Source of the DNA: Neoechinorhynchus agilis
Taxonomy: Eukaryota > Animalia > Acanthocephala
Direction of reading: 5' to 3'
Assembly (NCBI GenBank): GCA_051530055.1
Contig: CM121343.1
Location: 2,264,389-2,328,388 of the forward strand
DNA: 64,000 nucleotides
This document shows, piece by piece, positions 1-10,690 of this stretch (positions are counted from its first letter, which is position 1; each line of letters opens with the position of its first letter). Made by a program: the position numbers and the translations under genes. Under the pieces are notes generated by a model. The model searched no databases. It was not told the DNA's origin and was given only the letters and a program-made list of their open reading frames with translations.

Positions 1-770
1 GGGATCAGAAATATGAACGATTCTTAAAAAATCACGTCATTTTTACCTGACGGACAGCGTTGCCCTTCTCTGATTCCTTTTCAGACAACCGAAGAAAAGC
101 TTCCTGACGAAGACGCAAGGCGTCGAAAATTTGAATCAATAAACAAATAAAACACCCATTTTCCGTTCGATAATAAATCTGGAATGTCCAATAGGAAATT
201 CCAATCAATTATTGACACTTTTCCAGAACCAAAAACAGTCGCCTTAACCGGTACTTAAATGACACTGTGAACGCAAAAGTAACAAATGTCGTTCAAAGTT
301 CCATGGAATCAAAATAATAAGTTATTAAATCGAAAAGCGTAAGTTCGGTAAGTTAAAACAGGAAATTGTATCGAAATAAAGATGAACGCATAAAATAGCA
401 AGTCGAAATCGATTTGTTGGTGATGTGAATCAGATGCTTTTACGTTTCAAGTTTTACGTTATTTCCGCTGCGAATATCACGTACGGCATAGAAAATTTAA
501 GAATTCTCTACAAGGTCTATAAAGAATTAAAAGAAAATGTGAAAATTACAAAGCGGCATCCGGGAAACGCAATCTTAACCGGTCATCACTTTTAAAATTA
601 ACTTACAATTTCAACTGAAGAATCCGAAATGCTCGATCGATTATAAAATTATTCATAAGAGCAAATCGACAGCGTTCGCGCTATTACGAAGTAAAGTTCG
701 CGGTCAATGCGAAGAGTGGAAAGCGTGAATAAACGAAAGAAGCGCGTTTACATTTTCCTAAAAGTCGATC
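1..770 (+). repeat. Dispersed AT-rich repeat family X, degenerate copy, inverted relative to 960-1410
   Basis: gggatcagaaatat..., attattgacactttt.cagaaccaaaaacagtc and gaaatgctcga...aagttcgcgg are reverse complements of motifs at 1100-1400. Confidence 0.7.
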
Positions 771-867
771 GATTTACGATGACATTTCAAAGTTTTGATT
801 TCGCTTAATTGATTTGTTTTCCTGCGATTTCGAATACTGAACTGCATTTTTATCAAAATATTTCGAT

Positions 868-950
868 GCAATGCATCTAGCGTGATAGCGACAGCCGAGA
901 AAAGAGAGAAGCTAAGATTTTGTGGACGGTGGTGATTATATCAGAAATTG
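868..950 (+). mobile_element. Short 3' remnant of a CRE-type retrotransposon (also at about 13919-14000)
   Basis: gcaatgcatctagcgtgatagcgacagccgag...ggtggtga matches the ORF ends at 41822-41889 and (reverse complement) 31050-31130. Confidence 0.65.
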
Positions 951-959
951 CATTCTACA

Positions 960-1410
960 TTTAAAGAAATTTGGATTAAACAATGAAGCATCCACTTTTT
1001 CTATATAAAAAGACGCACTCGAGTCTTCGAAATGGTAGATAAAGAAATTCGAAGAGAGAAATAAAAACTTAAAAATGTCGACGTGGCGCGAACGGCGTTT
1101 AAAGTTTTTTAATGTCGTTTTTTCGTTTAAACACGTTTTTCACTCTCCGCATCGTCTGCGAACTTTGATTCGCAATTTCGAAACAGTTGTCGATTTGCTC
1201 TTCTGCGTGATTTCAAAAGAGCTCGAGCATTTCGGCTTATTAAGTTGAGAATATAAATTTGTGAAAGTAATCACCGGTTAAGACGACTGTTTTTGGTTCT
1301 GAAAAAGTGTCAATAATTGATTGGAATTCCCAATTGAAGTTTTGTAAAAATGACGTGATTTTTTTCGAATTCTTAAGAATCGTTAATATTTCTGATCCCA
1401 AGTTTTGATT
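960..1410 (-). repeat. Repeat family X copy at the 3' end of the cassette (also at about 14010-14460)
   Basis: Reverse complement aligns along its length with 10303-10690. Confidence 0.8.
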
Positions 1411-1793
1411 TTTCAATTTCATTTTTTATGAAGTTTTCGATTTTTATAAAATATAAGATGAATTTGTGTGATTATCACTATAAAAGGAAACTTTTAACAC
1501 CCAAGCAAATTGAGATTTACTAATCGATGCTTTATTGAAAACAATTTAATAAGATCGAAGATGTGTAAGCACAAAGCAGTTAACAAATTAATTTTTAATC
1601 GAACAGTTCGCTCCATCCGCGATTTCAAACTTTGCATCCCTGAAGGAAATCTCAATTCCATTGTTGGAACCAATAGAATGCGCGAGTATTGATTCATGGC
1701 GTTTGTTGATCGTCTCATTGTTAATCCATATCTCTTTAAATTAAATTTGACAGAAAAATAGATCCCGCATTCTTTGAAGTGTCTTGCAACTTT

Positions 1794-4007
1794 CTAGTTG
1801 ATCTTGTTGTAGTCTTCTAAACTCTTAACATTAAACAATCCAGGGTCAATCTTTGCAATTGTACTCAAAAGTAAATCCAGCGTCACGGATTTTTCAATAC
1901 TTTCCTTGATCGCAATTGCAGTTTGAAAAGAATTCGCGATGTCCTTATCCGTTCTAACCCGAACCATCTTCCATTCACCTCCGGCAACAACGCATTCAAT
2001 TATATTTTCATGGCAATGAAACAATTCATCCGTGAGTCGAATCCGAGCAAACGGCTCTTGGTAATTTCTAACATACAGCAGCCCACCAGATCCTATTTTT
2101 CGCTTTTCCATCACGTGTCGAGGAATAACCAATTTGAAATCTACCGAATTCAATGGTGGAGGTTTATATTTTAGCAGCTTGTCAAAGGTACCAAAAGTAT
2201 ACGGCATATCAACGGGTTGAAATATAAGACCGTCTGCTTGATGGGGGATTTCATTTCGGAACATCTCGTGCAAAATTTGTTTAGTGAACCGGAGGTTGTA
2301 AAAATCCTTCTTTTGAATCCGAAAAGGCTCTCGACTTCGGTCTATGGTTCCGTATTCGATAATAGCACGGTAACGAGGCTGCATAATCTCCCTCCAAATG
2401 AGTTCCGATCGTTTGTCATAATCCAGTTCCTTACCGGCAGGATGCCCGTCGAATGCCAAGACGTCAAATATAAGGAATCGAGGAATCCGTGTATCACCCA
2501 CGACATCTTCCACCATCTCTCCATCAAGCAAAGTCTGACGAAGATGATCTGTAGTGCCACGGTTCGTCACAAATGTAAGATTCTTTACTTTGAAGATTGA
2601 ATTGCGCCTGTCGATCATATAAATTTCGTTTTTCTCGCGAATGAAAAACAAGTACCGGGTTCCGCCGACCTTCCAACTTACTCGATAATTTAAGTGCCGC
2701 AATGTTTCAATATTTTTAACCGTCATTGATACTGGCTGACTACCGATGAATCCTTTGTCATGACTATCTGGACAAAGTTCTGCAATGTTTTGCTGAATTT
2801 CGTCGATTTTACTTTGATCGGTTTCGTATCTCAGTCGATAGATGTACGGAACATCTACCGAGAAGCCCTGTGACAGACCTGTTGGTTGGATTCCTTCGTT
2901 GAGTGAACCTTCAAGAATGGAAGAGTTTGTTTTTGTCGGTGGTTCAACGAGTTTCCTTTGTGATCTGAAAACTCCTTTCTCCGAGCTGACTGCAACTCTT
3001 TTGGCAGATGGACTCTGTTCCCGGCTTGCCGATTCCGTTATTTGTGCGATTTGAGACGATCTTTTACAAGAGGCTATATCATCCTTTAATCTCTTTCTCG
3101 ATTTGAGGTGCTTTGACTCGTTTTTAACTAATTGAGTAGTGAGTGAAGTATGTGATTCAGTTTGATTATCACCAGACGATTGTGAAACTCGTCTCTTTAG
3201 CGGTATCCTTTGCTCATCTGAATCACTTATACAACGCTTTCGTCCACCAGCGATCTTCTTTCTATCAATGTCAATGATATCAGTTGACAAGCTTTCGTCA
3301 TTTGCTTTCTGCCTCGATCCGTAATTTGTTCTCATTTCAGTACTAACTGCCCCTTTCGTGTTCTCGGTAATTGTCACATCTTTGACATTTATTTTGCGTT
3401 TCAATAACACTCCTGTTCGCCAACTTGAGTACCGCAATCTCAAGCCGTGAATAAACGGGGGAGCTTGAATTCCAGGGGCACGGCATCGCCGAAATTCCGC
3501 TATTGCACTTCTCAACTTCATTTTCATCTTTTCAATAAGATACGAAGCAACAAGAAATCCTGATTTATTGTATCCGCGTGTACAATGAACTGCGATGACT
3601 GAATTCGGGTTAGATTCTAGCAAGATATCGCAAATCTCAATGAATCGATTTTTGATTTCTTTTTTAGGGAAATCCTTATATCCACCGCAGGGCAGACAAA
3701 AGTGCGGCACATTTAAATACTCCGTAAACTCTTTATTGTCATAATATGGATCGTTATTTATAAGACTGATGATCCCGGCAATAGATCGATGTCCGGCAAT
3801 TTGGCGCATCCGATTAGCAGCAATGGTAGGCGTGAATCGCTTGTTTTCAGGAATGAGCGAATCGTATTTTGACGATAACGGAGTCTTAAATACGATAAAG
3901 CGGTCGCTAATGAGAGACGAACCCATCGACGTGGTATTTATCCACCGTTTAGGAATTCGCAGAATTGATGATGATGATGGATTGGTCGCTATTTGTTTCG
4001 TAGTCAT
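1794..4007 (-). CDS. RNGTT: mRNA capping enzyme paralog (cysteine RNA triphosphatase + guanylyltransferase), copy 1, intronless, 737 aa
   Basis: N-terminus IPKRW...RFIVFKTPL..KYD...RFTP and P-loop VHCTRGYNKSG; GTase motifs GF.GSQPVSM, YRVSWKVGGTRY, LLDGEMV, RFLIFDV, DGLIFQP, LKYKPPPLNSVDF, RVRTDK, in the order seen in metazoan RNGTT. Confidence 0.95.
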   Translation of the reverse strand: MTTKQIATNPSSSSILRIPKRWINTTSMGSSLISDRFIVFKTPLSSKYDSLIPENKRFTPTIAANRMRQIAGHRSIAGIISLINNDPYYDNKEFTEYLNVPHFCLPCGGYKDFPKKEIKNRFIEICDILLESNPNSVIAVHCTRGYNKSGFLVASYLIEKMKMKLRSAIAEFRRCRAPGIQAPPFIHGLRLRYSSWRTGVLLKRKINVKDVTITENTKGAVSTEMRTNYGSRQKANDESLSTDIIDIDRKKIAGGRKRCISDSDEQRIPLKRRVSQSSGDNQTESHTSLTTQLVKNESKHLKSRKRLKDDIASCKRSSQIAQITESASREQSPSAKRVAVSSEKGVFRSQRKLVEPPTKTNSSILEGSLNEGIQPTGLSQGFSVDVPYIYRLRYETDQSKIDEIQQNIAELCPDSHDKGFIGSQPVSMTVKNIETLRHLNYRVSWKVGGTRYLFFIREKNEIYMIDRRNSIFKVKNLTFVTNRGTTDHLRQTLLDGEMVEDVVGDTRIPRFLIFDVLAFDGHPAGKELDYDKRSELIWREIMQPRYRAIIEYGTIDRSREPFRIQKKDFYNLRFTKQILHEMFRNEIPHQADGLIFQPVDMPYTFGTFDKLLKYKPPPLNSVDFKLVIPRHVMEKRKIGSGGLLYVRNYQEPFARIRLTDELFHCHENIIECVVAGGEWKMVRVRTDKDIANSFQTAIAIKESIEKSVTLDLLLSTIAKIDPGLFNVKSLEDYNKIN

Positions 4008-5189
4008 CCTTAGTTATCGATAGTTATTGTACGTTATCTGTTATGATTCTAAGATCGATTCATTTTACCTAGTCGTTCTAATGATCGGTTTCTCCCAATT
4101 ACAAATAAGCAAACATGACGCAAATATTGGTTTTAAACATAAAAATATGTATAGAATATTGTTGATCATATCTTTAGCAATGTGTTACATGGGAGACTTT
4201 TATCATTACCAGCTTTTTGATTATTGACTTCGCAATTTTACATGCGGATTAAGCAGATTCTTGGCAATCAATTGGTATATTTCTTTATTATATTTATATA
4301 ATGAAAAATAACGCCACCAAAGTGTTAAGATCAAATGTATCGGTACCATAAATAATCGCCTCGATTAAGGCATATTTTTATAAACCTCTAGCAAAAGAAA
4401 TATTGTTCTCGCTGGATTTAAAGTGCTGATTTCACAGAAGGAAGAGTTCGGTCAATCTTTAAGTTTGATGTTTAGGTCTTCGCCCGGTAGAGAACCTTTT
4501 ATTAAAGACTTTTTGAACTTCGTCCGGTTCTTCATCATCGGAGGATAGTTTTTGCTATTGTTTAGTTATTGGCAGGAGGGAGAAGACGGTTGTGAATAAA
4601 CGAATGATTGACGGAGTTCAAAGTCTGAAGTGACCAGTCTGGGTATATTCGGAATGGTAATAAAAAGTATTATTATTATAATTGACAAGAAGCGTTTTTG
4701 AAGGAAGGAGAATGCAGTGTTTGGCATATGAAAAGTGATTTTGATTAGACAAGAACGGGAGCCGCTAGGGTTTTTGATAGGAGCCAGGGAAGGAAGGAGA
4801 GCAAGAATCCCGGAGAGAGTCATCGACAGACGATGTTAAGGTGATGAATGTACTGTTTCTGAAGGTCTGATTCGGATAAGGCGGTTATTTCGAACATTCC
4901 TAAGATGGCTGTTGACGAGCGAGCGATAGTTATTTTAGATTGCCCATACACTGCCAATTATAGATGCCCATAATTCGTTCAACTCCTCGAGTCCCTCGAG
5001 CTTTAGATAAGTGCAATTCTCGACTGTAAAACGAAACCAGTTTCGATGTAATATAAAAGATTCTGGCCTTCGTATTGTAAGACGGTAATCGGTTACAATA
5101 TTTGGTTAGAAACGAACTGAGGCGCTGGGAAGACACTCTCTTGTTATAAGAAAAGAAAACCGTGTGCAAGCATTGAAATGTTGATTATT

Positions 5190-5659
5190 TCAGAGCTGGT
5201 AATAACGCTGAATGAAGGGGTGGGGAAACCGCCATTGATTTAATTTTAAAATGTTCACACAAGAATCAAACATCAAAGTATACGGAGTCTTCGATAGCCT
5301 CAAACGTAGGTAGAGGAGCAATTTAATTTCGTGAGAGTTCGTACCGTTTATAATCGATCGGATATATTTCAACGGAAGCTTTTTTAAATCACCAAATTGA
5401 AAATCCATGATCCCGTTTCTCGTAATTGCGGGATGTATTTTGTCAAGTTCTATGGAATGTGAGAGACTTTTTCTTGGACAAAGGCGATTTCTGCATTTCT
5501 CAAAGCCGAACAATGCATACTAGAAACGTCGGCAATAATCGATGCTAAAATATCAATTCTGAATCCTTTCATCACAAACTTTTTACTGTTCCGCAATGGT
5601 TTCATGTACAAATTCTCCATTTCCCCTACATTTAAATTAAATATAAGGATGTTGTTCAT
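5190..5659 (-). pseudogene. Unknown frameshifted ORF (MNNILIFNLNVGEM...), part of the cassette; copies at 18239-18708 (-) and about 32990-33459 (+)
   Basis: Two overlapping ORFs (69 + 107 aa) joined by a one-base shift at caagaaaaagtc in all three copies; no recognisable domain. Confidence 0.4.
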
Positions 5660-6731
5660 GGATATATTTTGTTTGATGGTATAGAGATTTATTATTTCTC
5701 ATTTACAATATTTCGTCCGCCCCATCGGACTTTTTAAGATCTAAAAAATATGTCAAGGTGACTTTATTCACAGTTTAAACCCATTAATCCATCTATTTTG
5801 AGTGTCTAATTTCACTCGAGTTCAACACAATTGTCATTGCGAAATATATTATTAAGGCAATTTCGATCTCAACAGAGAATCTGATTGCAATTAAGTCAAA
5901 GATCTAATTACTTGATTTATAATTCAACAACGTCAATCGGCAATATAGCCGGATGCCTTTTTCAGTGAGGCTTTAAGCAGTTGAATTTTTGTTCAACTGA
6001 TAAATGCCAACTTTTGAATTGGTAAATGAAATTCTCGTTGCTAAGAGACGACATTAGAGCTTGGTTTTAAGTATCGACGAAAAAAAAGGAAAATGCCCAC
6101 TATTAAAAAACTCACTTCAATATCGATTATTCCTGCTCTACTGATCGTCACTTTGTTTTTATCAACTATCTTCGTGTATTTAGTATCAAATTTAAGCAAG
6201 AACGTTTCTCCGAGTTCAAGCCTTTTCAAATAGACGATTTACTGAAAACAATAATAAATTTTGTGTTGTTCTAAAGAGGGCATTTCCGAATACTTGAGAT
6301 GCTGAGCAACGCTGATCAATGCTGCCGTCTTATCTTAAAATTTGCTGCTTCAGTCAATTACTCAAAAGCTTACATATCAAATATTTTGTCCATATGTTTC
6401 ACTCGCTTGTTTTTAATCGAAGTTGCAACATTCTTTTCAATATATTCATATTTTACACTCAGTTGTTTAAAAAAATATTTATCCAAAGCGAGAGATCGAG
6501 TGCAATACCTCTTCAATGAACTCACTTTCGTTCTTGAATCGAAAAAAATGTTTAACTAAAAATTCACGGGCTTTTTAGAATACACACGATTTGAATTCAA
6601 GGCGATGAGCACAAAATTCGACAAATTTTTCGCTTATCTTTTATTAAGATACTCGGGTACCGTAGAAATAATTTCAAATAACAAAGAATAATCGTCTTCC
6701 TAAAGTAGTTTTACTTTTAATTCCGGTTTTT

Positions 6732-6953
6732 TTAAATTGATGTATTGCATCCAACGGTGATTGGATGCATTTTCGAATAGTAGTTATAAATGTAAGTGGT
6801 GAAGCATCCTGCCCTTAAAACTTCGGCATTAAGCGATGCTAAAATATCAATTCTGAATCCTTGCATCACAAACTTTTTACTGTTCTGCAATGGCTTCATG
6901 TACAAATTCTCCATTTCCCCTACATTTAAATTAAATGTAAAGATGTTGTTCAT
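6732..6953 (-). pseudogene. Partial paralog of the MNNI ORF, abutting the 3' end of CRE A (equivalent at about 19790-20030)
   Basis: MNNIFTFNLNVGEMENLYMKPLQNSKKFVMQGFRIDILAS vs MNNILIF...; its upstream flank reappears at about 9075-9195 on the far side of the CRE element. Confidence 0.6.
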
Positions 6954-6961
6954 TGACTGAA

Positions 6962-8999
6962 TTTATTTTTTTTTGAAAATATACTCACAGCAAATCAAGT
7001 CTAATGTATCTATTAGCCACCCAGATCCATCTCTTCACCACTCGGAACCGTCGCAAGGACAGTTGCAGCGTTGCCGCACTGGATCGCGAGACCTATGCTT
7101 TGCAGGAAGAACGTTCCTGCTCTTGGGTCTCCGGTTGCGATCCTCATCTTCCTTGAAAGATCCGCCGTAAAGTCTTGGCCTCAGCACCGAGCACAGACGA
7201 GACCGTGTCTACCCAAAGTATCCACAAGGACCTCGGAACGGTGTTCAGCCAGACACCGGATTCCTTCGAGGAGACCGCCAACAATCGAGCTTGGGTCACC
7301 TCATCACGCGCGTCAGAAAGCATTGAGTTGTGAACTCGCGTGATTAAAGGTTTATCCCAAACTGACTGTCTCTTGCCTCTCAAAGTAACTTCATCGCACT
7401 GCGTAATGCGGCAAAATTCGAAGACCGCCTCTTTAAAATTTTCATCAAGTAAAAACTCTTTTTCGAGCAATTTAGCTACCAACTTTTGGCTGCGCTCATA
7501 GGAACCTAAAAAGGCCGGAATCGCAACATCGGCTGTTTTACGGATACCCAAACCGCCGGAAGATACAGGCAAGGAAGCTTGTCTCCAACTTCGGAAGGAA
7601 CAGGGCACTCTTTATTAAAAATAATGCCTGATGGGTTGGAAGTTCCTTCGTACGCTCGCAGAGCAATTCGACTCTCGACGCTATTTTGAGGATCTCCCGA
7701 GGTATATTTCCATTAAAAACCCAGCTACCCAGAAGAGATAGTTGAGCACGCGAAATTATTTTGATGTTAAGTGCTTGCTGCGTAAAGCTGTTGAGGATCT
7801 CAGTTTGACTAGCGGCGTTTTCTGCATTCATTACAAACAGCTCGCATTTCGAGGTATTAAGCTCAACGCCGAGCTTAGCAGCTTCCCTCATGACGACCTC
7901 CAAATCTCGCAACACCACGGAGGGAGACCCAACGAGTGTTGCATCGTCCAAATACCAAGCATTAAACTTGGATTGGAGCGAATGAGCTATCGGGTTGACG
8001 GCAAGAGAGAAACCGATAGGACCGAGAGGATCACCTTGTTGGACACCTCGTTGAGACCAGATGATACGGTCGTTGAAAACAAGAGGAGTCTCAGTCCCAT
8101 CAGCGTTGAGGAAATACTGGTATGCTTCCGGTGCGTAAGTTGCGACAGCTTCCAGGAGCACACTGCGATCAACACAGTTGAAGGCGTTTCGGAAGTCGCA
8201 CTTGAGCACAACACAGGACTATGAACTGTTTGTGACAAAGGAGCGAAGTGCGTGCACGACAGCTTCGGCTCCGCAAGGCGTACAGCAACCGAGTTGTACC
8301 GGGCGGAAAAGTTCGCCAAGATTCACTTCAAGACGTTTGCAAAGAATCTTTGCTGCAAGACGCCGAAGTGTCGATCCCATAGCGATGGGACGAATCCCAC
8401 CGTCTTTCTTTTTAAGGGCACAGAGTGAAGCGCCGAAGAACAATTGAATTGCGACGGGAGGCAATTCGTCACCAAGGAACAGATCAACGAGGCGTGAAAA
8501 TCTATTCGAAAGGCTCTGAGCGGCTTCACCCACGGAGAAGGACAACATGTCCTTGAGGTGTTGAGGCCTAAGCCCGTCTATCCCATGACCGGATCCACTA
8601 GCAAAGGAGGATATCGCCGTTTTTTAAGCAATCCCTAAGCACCGCATTCCGAACAAAAACCTTTCGGAGAAGAGGTGGCCTGGAGGTTTGATAACTCGGC
8701 CTGTTGTTGTAAAGCCGTTGCGTCATCATCATTGAACTCGACGTCGTCCGGTTGTCGTGTGATGGATACAGAGTAATCCAACTCAATTGATGACGTCACA
8801 GTCGGCACGGCAGAATCCGAGAAGTCAACGTTCGGCTGCATTGTTTAAAGAAAAACCTCAAAAAAGACCGACCGAGACAACACAACGAATTCTCAGCTAG
8901 CTTATCGGTCGGTAAGCAACGAGCGCCGTCAAGAACTGCTAAGACAGTTTGCGCAGGAAATTACGATATATAGAACGCAAAAGCTCAGCCTTTTTGAAG
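6962..8999 (-). mobile_element. CRE-clade (RLE-type) non-LTR retrotransposon A, with several internal deletions, RT core retained
   Basis: IRPIAMG..LRRL, LKCDFRNAFN, QQGDPLGP, WYLDD, WRQASLPVSSGGLG, GRHGLVC, LAIQCGNAATV. Confidence 0.85.
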
Positions 9000-9199
9000 C
9001 TAGAAGTCAGAAAGACACTACAAAGTAGGAAATCGCTCAAATCTTCAATGTTGTTTTTATTTTAATTTTGCTTCAATATATTTCGTTTGATGATATATAG
9101 ATATATTATTTACCATTTACAATATTTCGTCCGTCTCGTGGGACTTTTTAAGATGTAAAAAATATGTCAGGGTGACTTTAATCTGAGTTTAAACCAGGC

Positions 9200-9960
9200 G
9201 CCATTTAGCAGCAAAGTTCTGCACATACAGTTCATAGTTAATAACGAGAATAACAAGGGGCGTGTTCAGCACAAGATAGAGAAAACACTGCTGTATTTCT
9301 CAAACCGAAAGTTCTATGGGGACCACTACACTGGTCTAACCAATGAGGTATAAAATCTCCGCGCTCACTTCGTATTTTCGGAGAGCCTTTCTAATACCAT
9401 CCACTTGAGTTGCTTGGATTAAGCAAAGACACAGTATCGTCCGGGAATTGAGAAAAATAAGATATCCTAGATGGATAATTGACGGCGATATTAAGAGGAG
9501 CAATCACCGAACACAGAACACAAAACCGCTCTCAATCCTTGAAATTCGAAAGAGTTCAATTTGTTTTGGCGATGCAACAAACCAAATGATCAATTCGATT
9601 ATAAGGACGGAGGTTGGAGTTCGAGTGTACAATAATAAAGGTATCACTTTCGCAAACATTTTTAAGGAGAAGGGACACAATGATCCGCCTCGTTGCGGCG
9701 TGTATAAAATACAGTGCACTCAATGTAACAAGGCGTACATCGTTCACGTTTCGATCACTCATTTGCGATTTCAAACCACCAGGAAACTATGCAACATCGC
9801 ATAGATTTTGATGGCACTGAATTTATAGAGAAGGAGCCAAATCTTGGAGGGCGCCTTGTTGTTGAAGCCTTGCACACATCTCTGTGGCCGATACAATGGA
9901 AGGTAATAAAGCAAACTTCAGCTTAAAATTGACTACCAGTGAAGTAGTTAAAATCAATAG
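9200..9960 (+). mobile_element. Penelope-like element fragment (GIY-YIG end)
   Basis: CGVYKIQCTQCNKAYI; downstream MEGNKANFSLK is shared with the fragment at 58600-59240. Confidence 0.7.
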
Positions 9961-10302
9961 GACGTACGATACAGTGCAGGGTTACGATCGGACATATTTT
10001 TGTCCCAACCTTGCTAATGGTGTAGCTGTTTACCCTAGCTTGGAAGACTAAAAAGAACTAATACACAAACCTTTTAAGATGACTGATGAGGCGTGGTTTC
10101 TTGTTTCGAAATATTTCATAATAATAAAGGAAGCTTTAACCGAAATGATGTTCTCCATTATTCAATACTTACCATCCCTATCGATCGTCTTAATATGATA
10201 AAATTTGATTACTTAAACAGAAATCTTGGTAAAAAATTCATATTGATTCAGTTATAGATAAATCAAATCACTATGTTTGCCTCTGAATTACACGTCATTT
10301 TT

Positions 10303-10690
10303 ACATAACTCCAATGGGAAATTCCTACCAATTATTGACACTTTTTCAGAAAAAAACAGTCGTCTTAACCGGTGATTACTTTCACAAATTTATATTCTCA
10401 GCTTAATAAGCCGAAATGCTCGAGCTCTTTTGAAATCACGCAGAAGAGCAAATCGGCTGCGTTTTTGGAACTACGAAGCAAAGTTCGCGGTCGATGCGAT
10501 GAATGGAAAACGTGAATAAACGAAAGAAACGCGTTTAAATTTTTTTAAACGTCGTTCGTGCCACGTCGACATTTTTAAGTTTTGACTTTTCTCTTCGAAT
10601 TTCTTTATCTACGATTTTGAAGACTAAAGTGCAGCTCTTTTTATAGAAAAGGTGGATGATTCATAGTTTAATCCAAATTTCTATACACGA
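10303..10690 (+). repeat. Repeat family X copy
   Basis: Aligns by eye with the reverse complement of 965-1345 (e.g. taataagccgaaatgctcgagctcttttgaaatcacgcagaagagcaaatcg); a further degenerate copy at about 29270-29430. Confidence 0.8.

Larger units (their letters stand above)
757..8999 (-). repeat. Segmental duplication unit 1 (capping-gene cassette plus CRE element A)
   Basis: Near-identical to 13807-21741 at an offset of about 13.05 kb; homology ends at gcctttttgaa (8999 vs 21741). Confidence 0.9.

Noticed and set aside
1794-4007. Viral origin of the capping gene (some large DNA viruses encode a similar bifunctional enzyme)
   Set aside because: No DNA-virus or Maverick hallmark genes in the window, and the motifs follow the animal enzyme; not excluded without a phylogeny
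1923-4227. Small ORFs overlapping or antisense to the capping gene, recurring in each copy
   Set aside because: Shadows of the real CDS; their recurrence only reflects the recent duplication, and some are truncated in copy 2
5450-5513. Programmed -1 frameshift in the MNNI ORF
   Set aside because: caagaaaaagt is not a canonical X XXY YYZ heptamer, and copy 3 has additional disabling lesions
6940-7010. Spliced-leader or snRNA target site at the CRE junctions
   Set aside because: No recognisable SL/snRNA sequence, and the 3' flanks of elements A, C, D and the 31050 fragment differ
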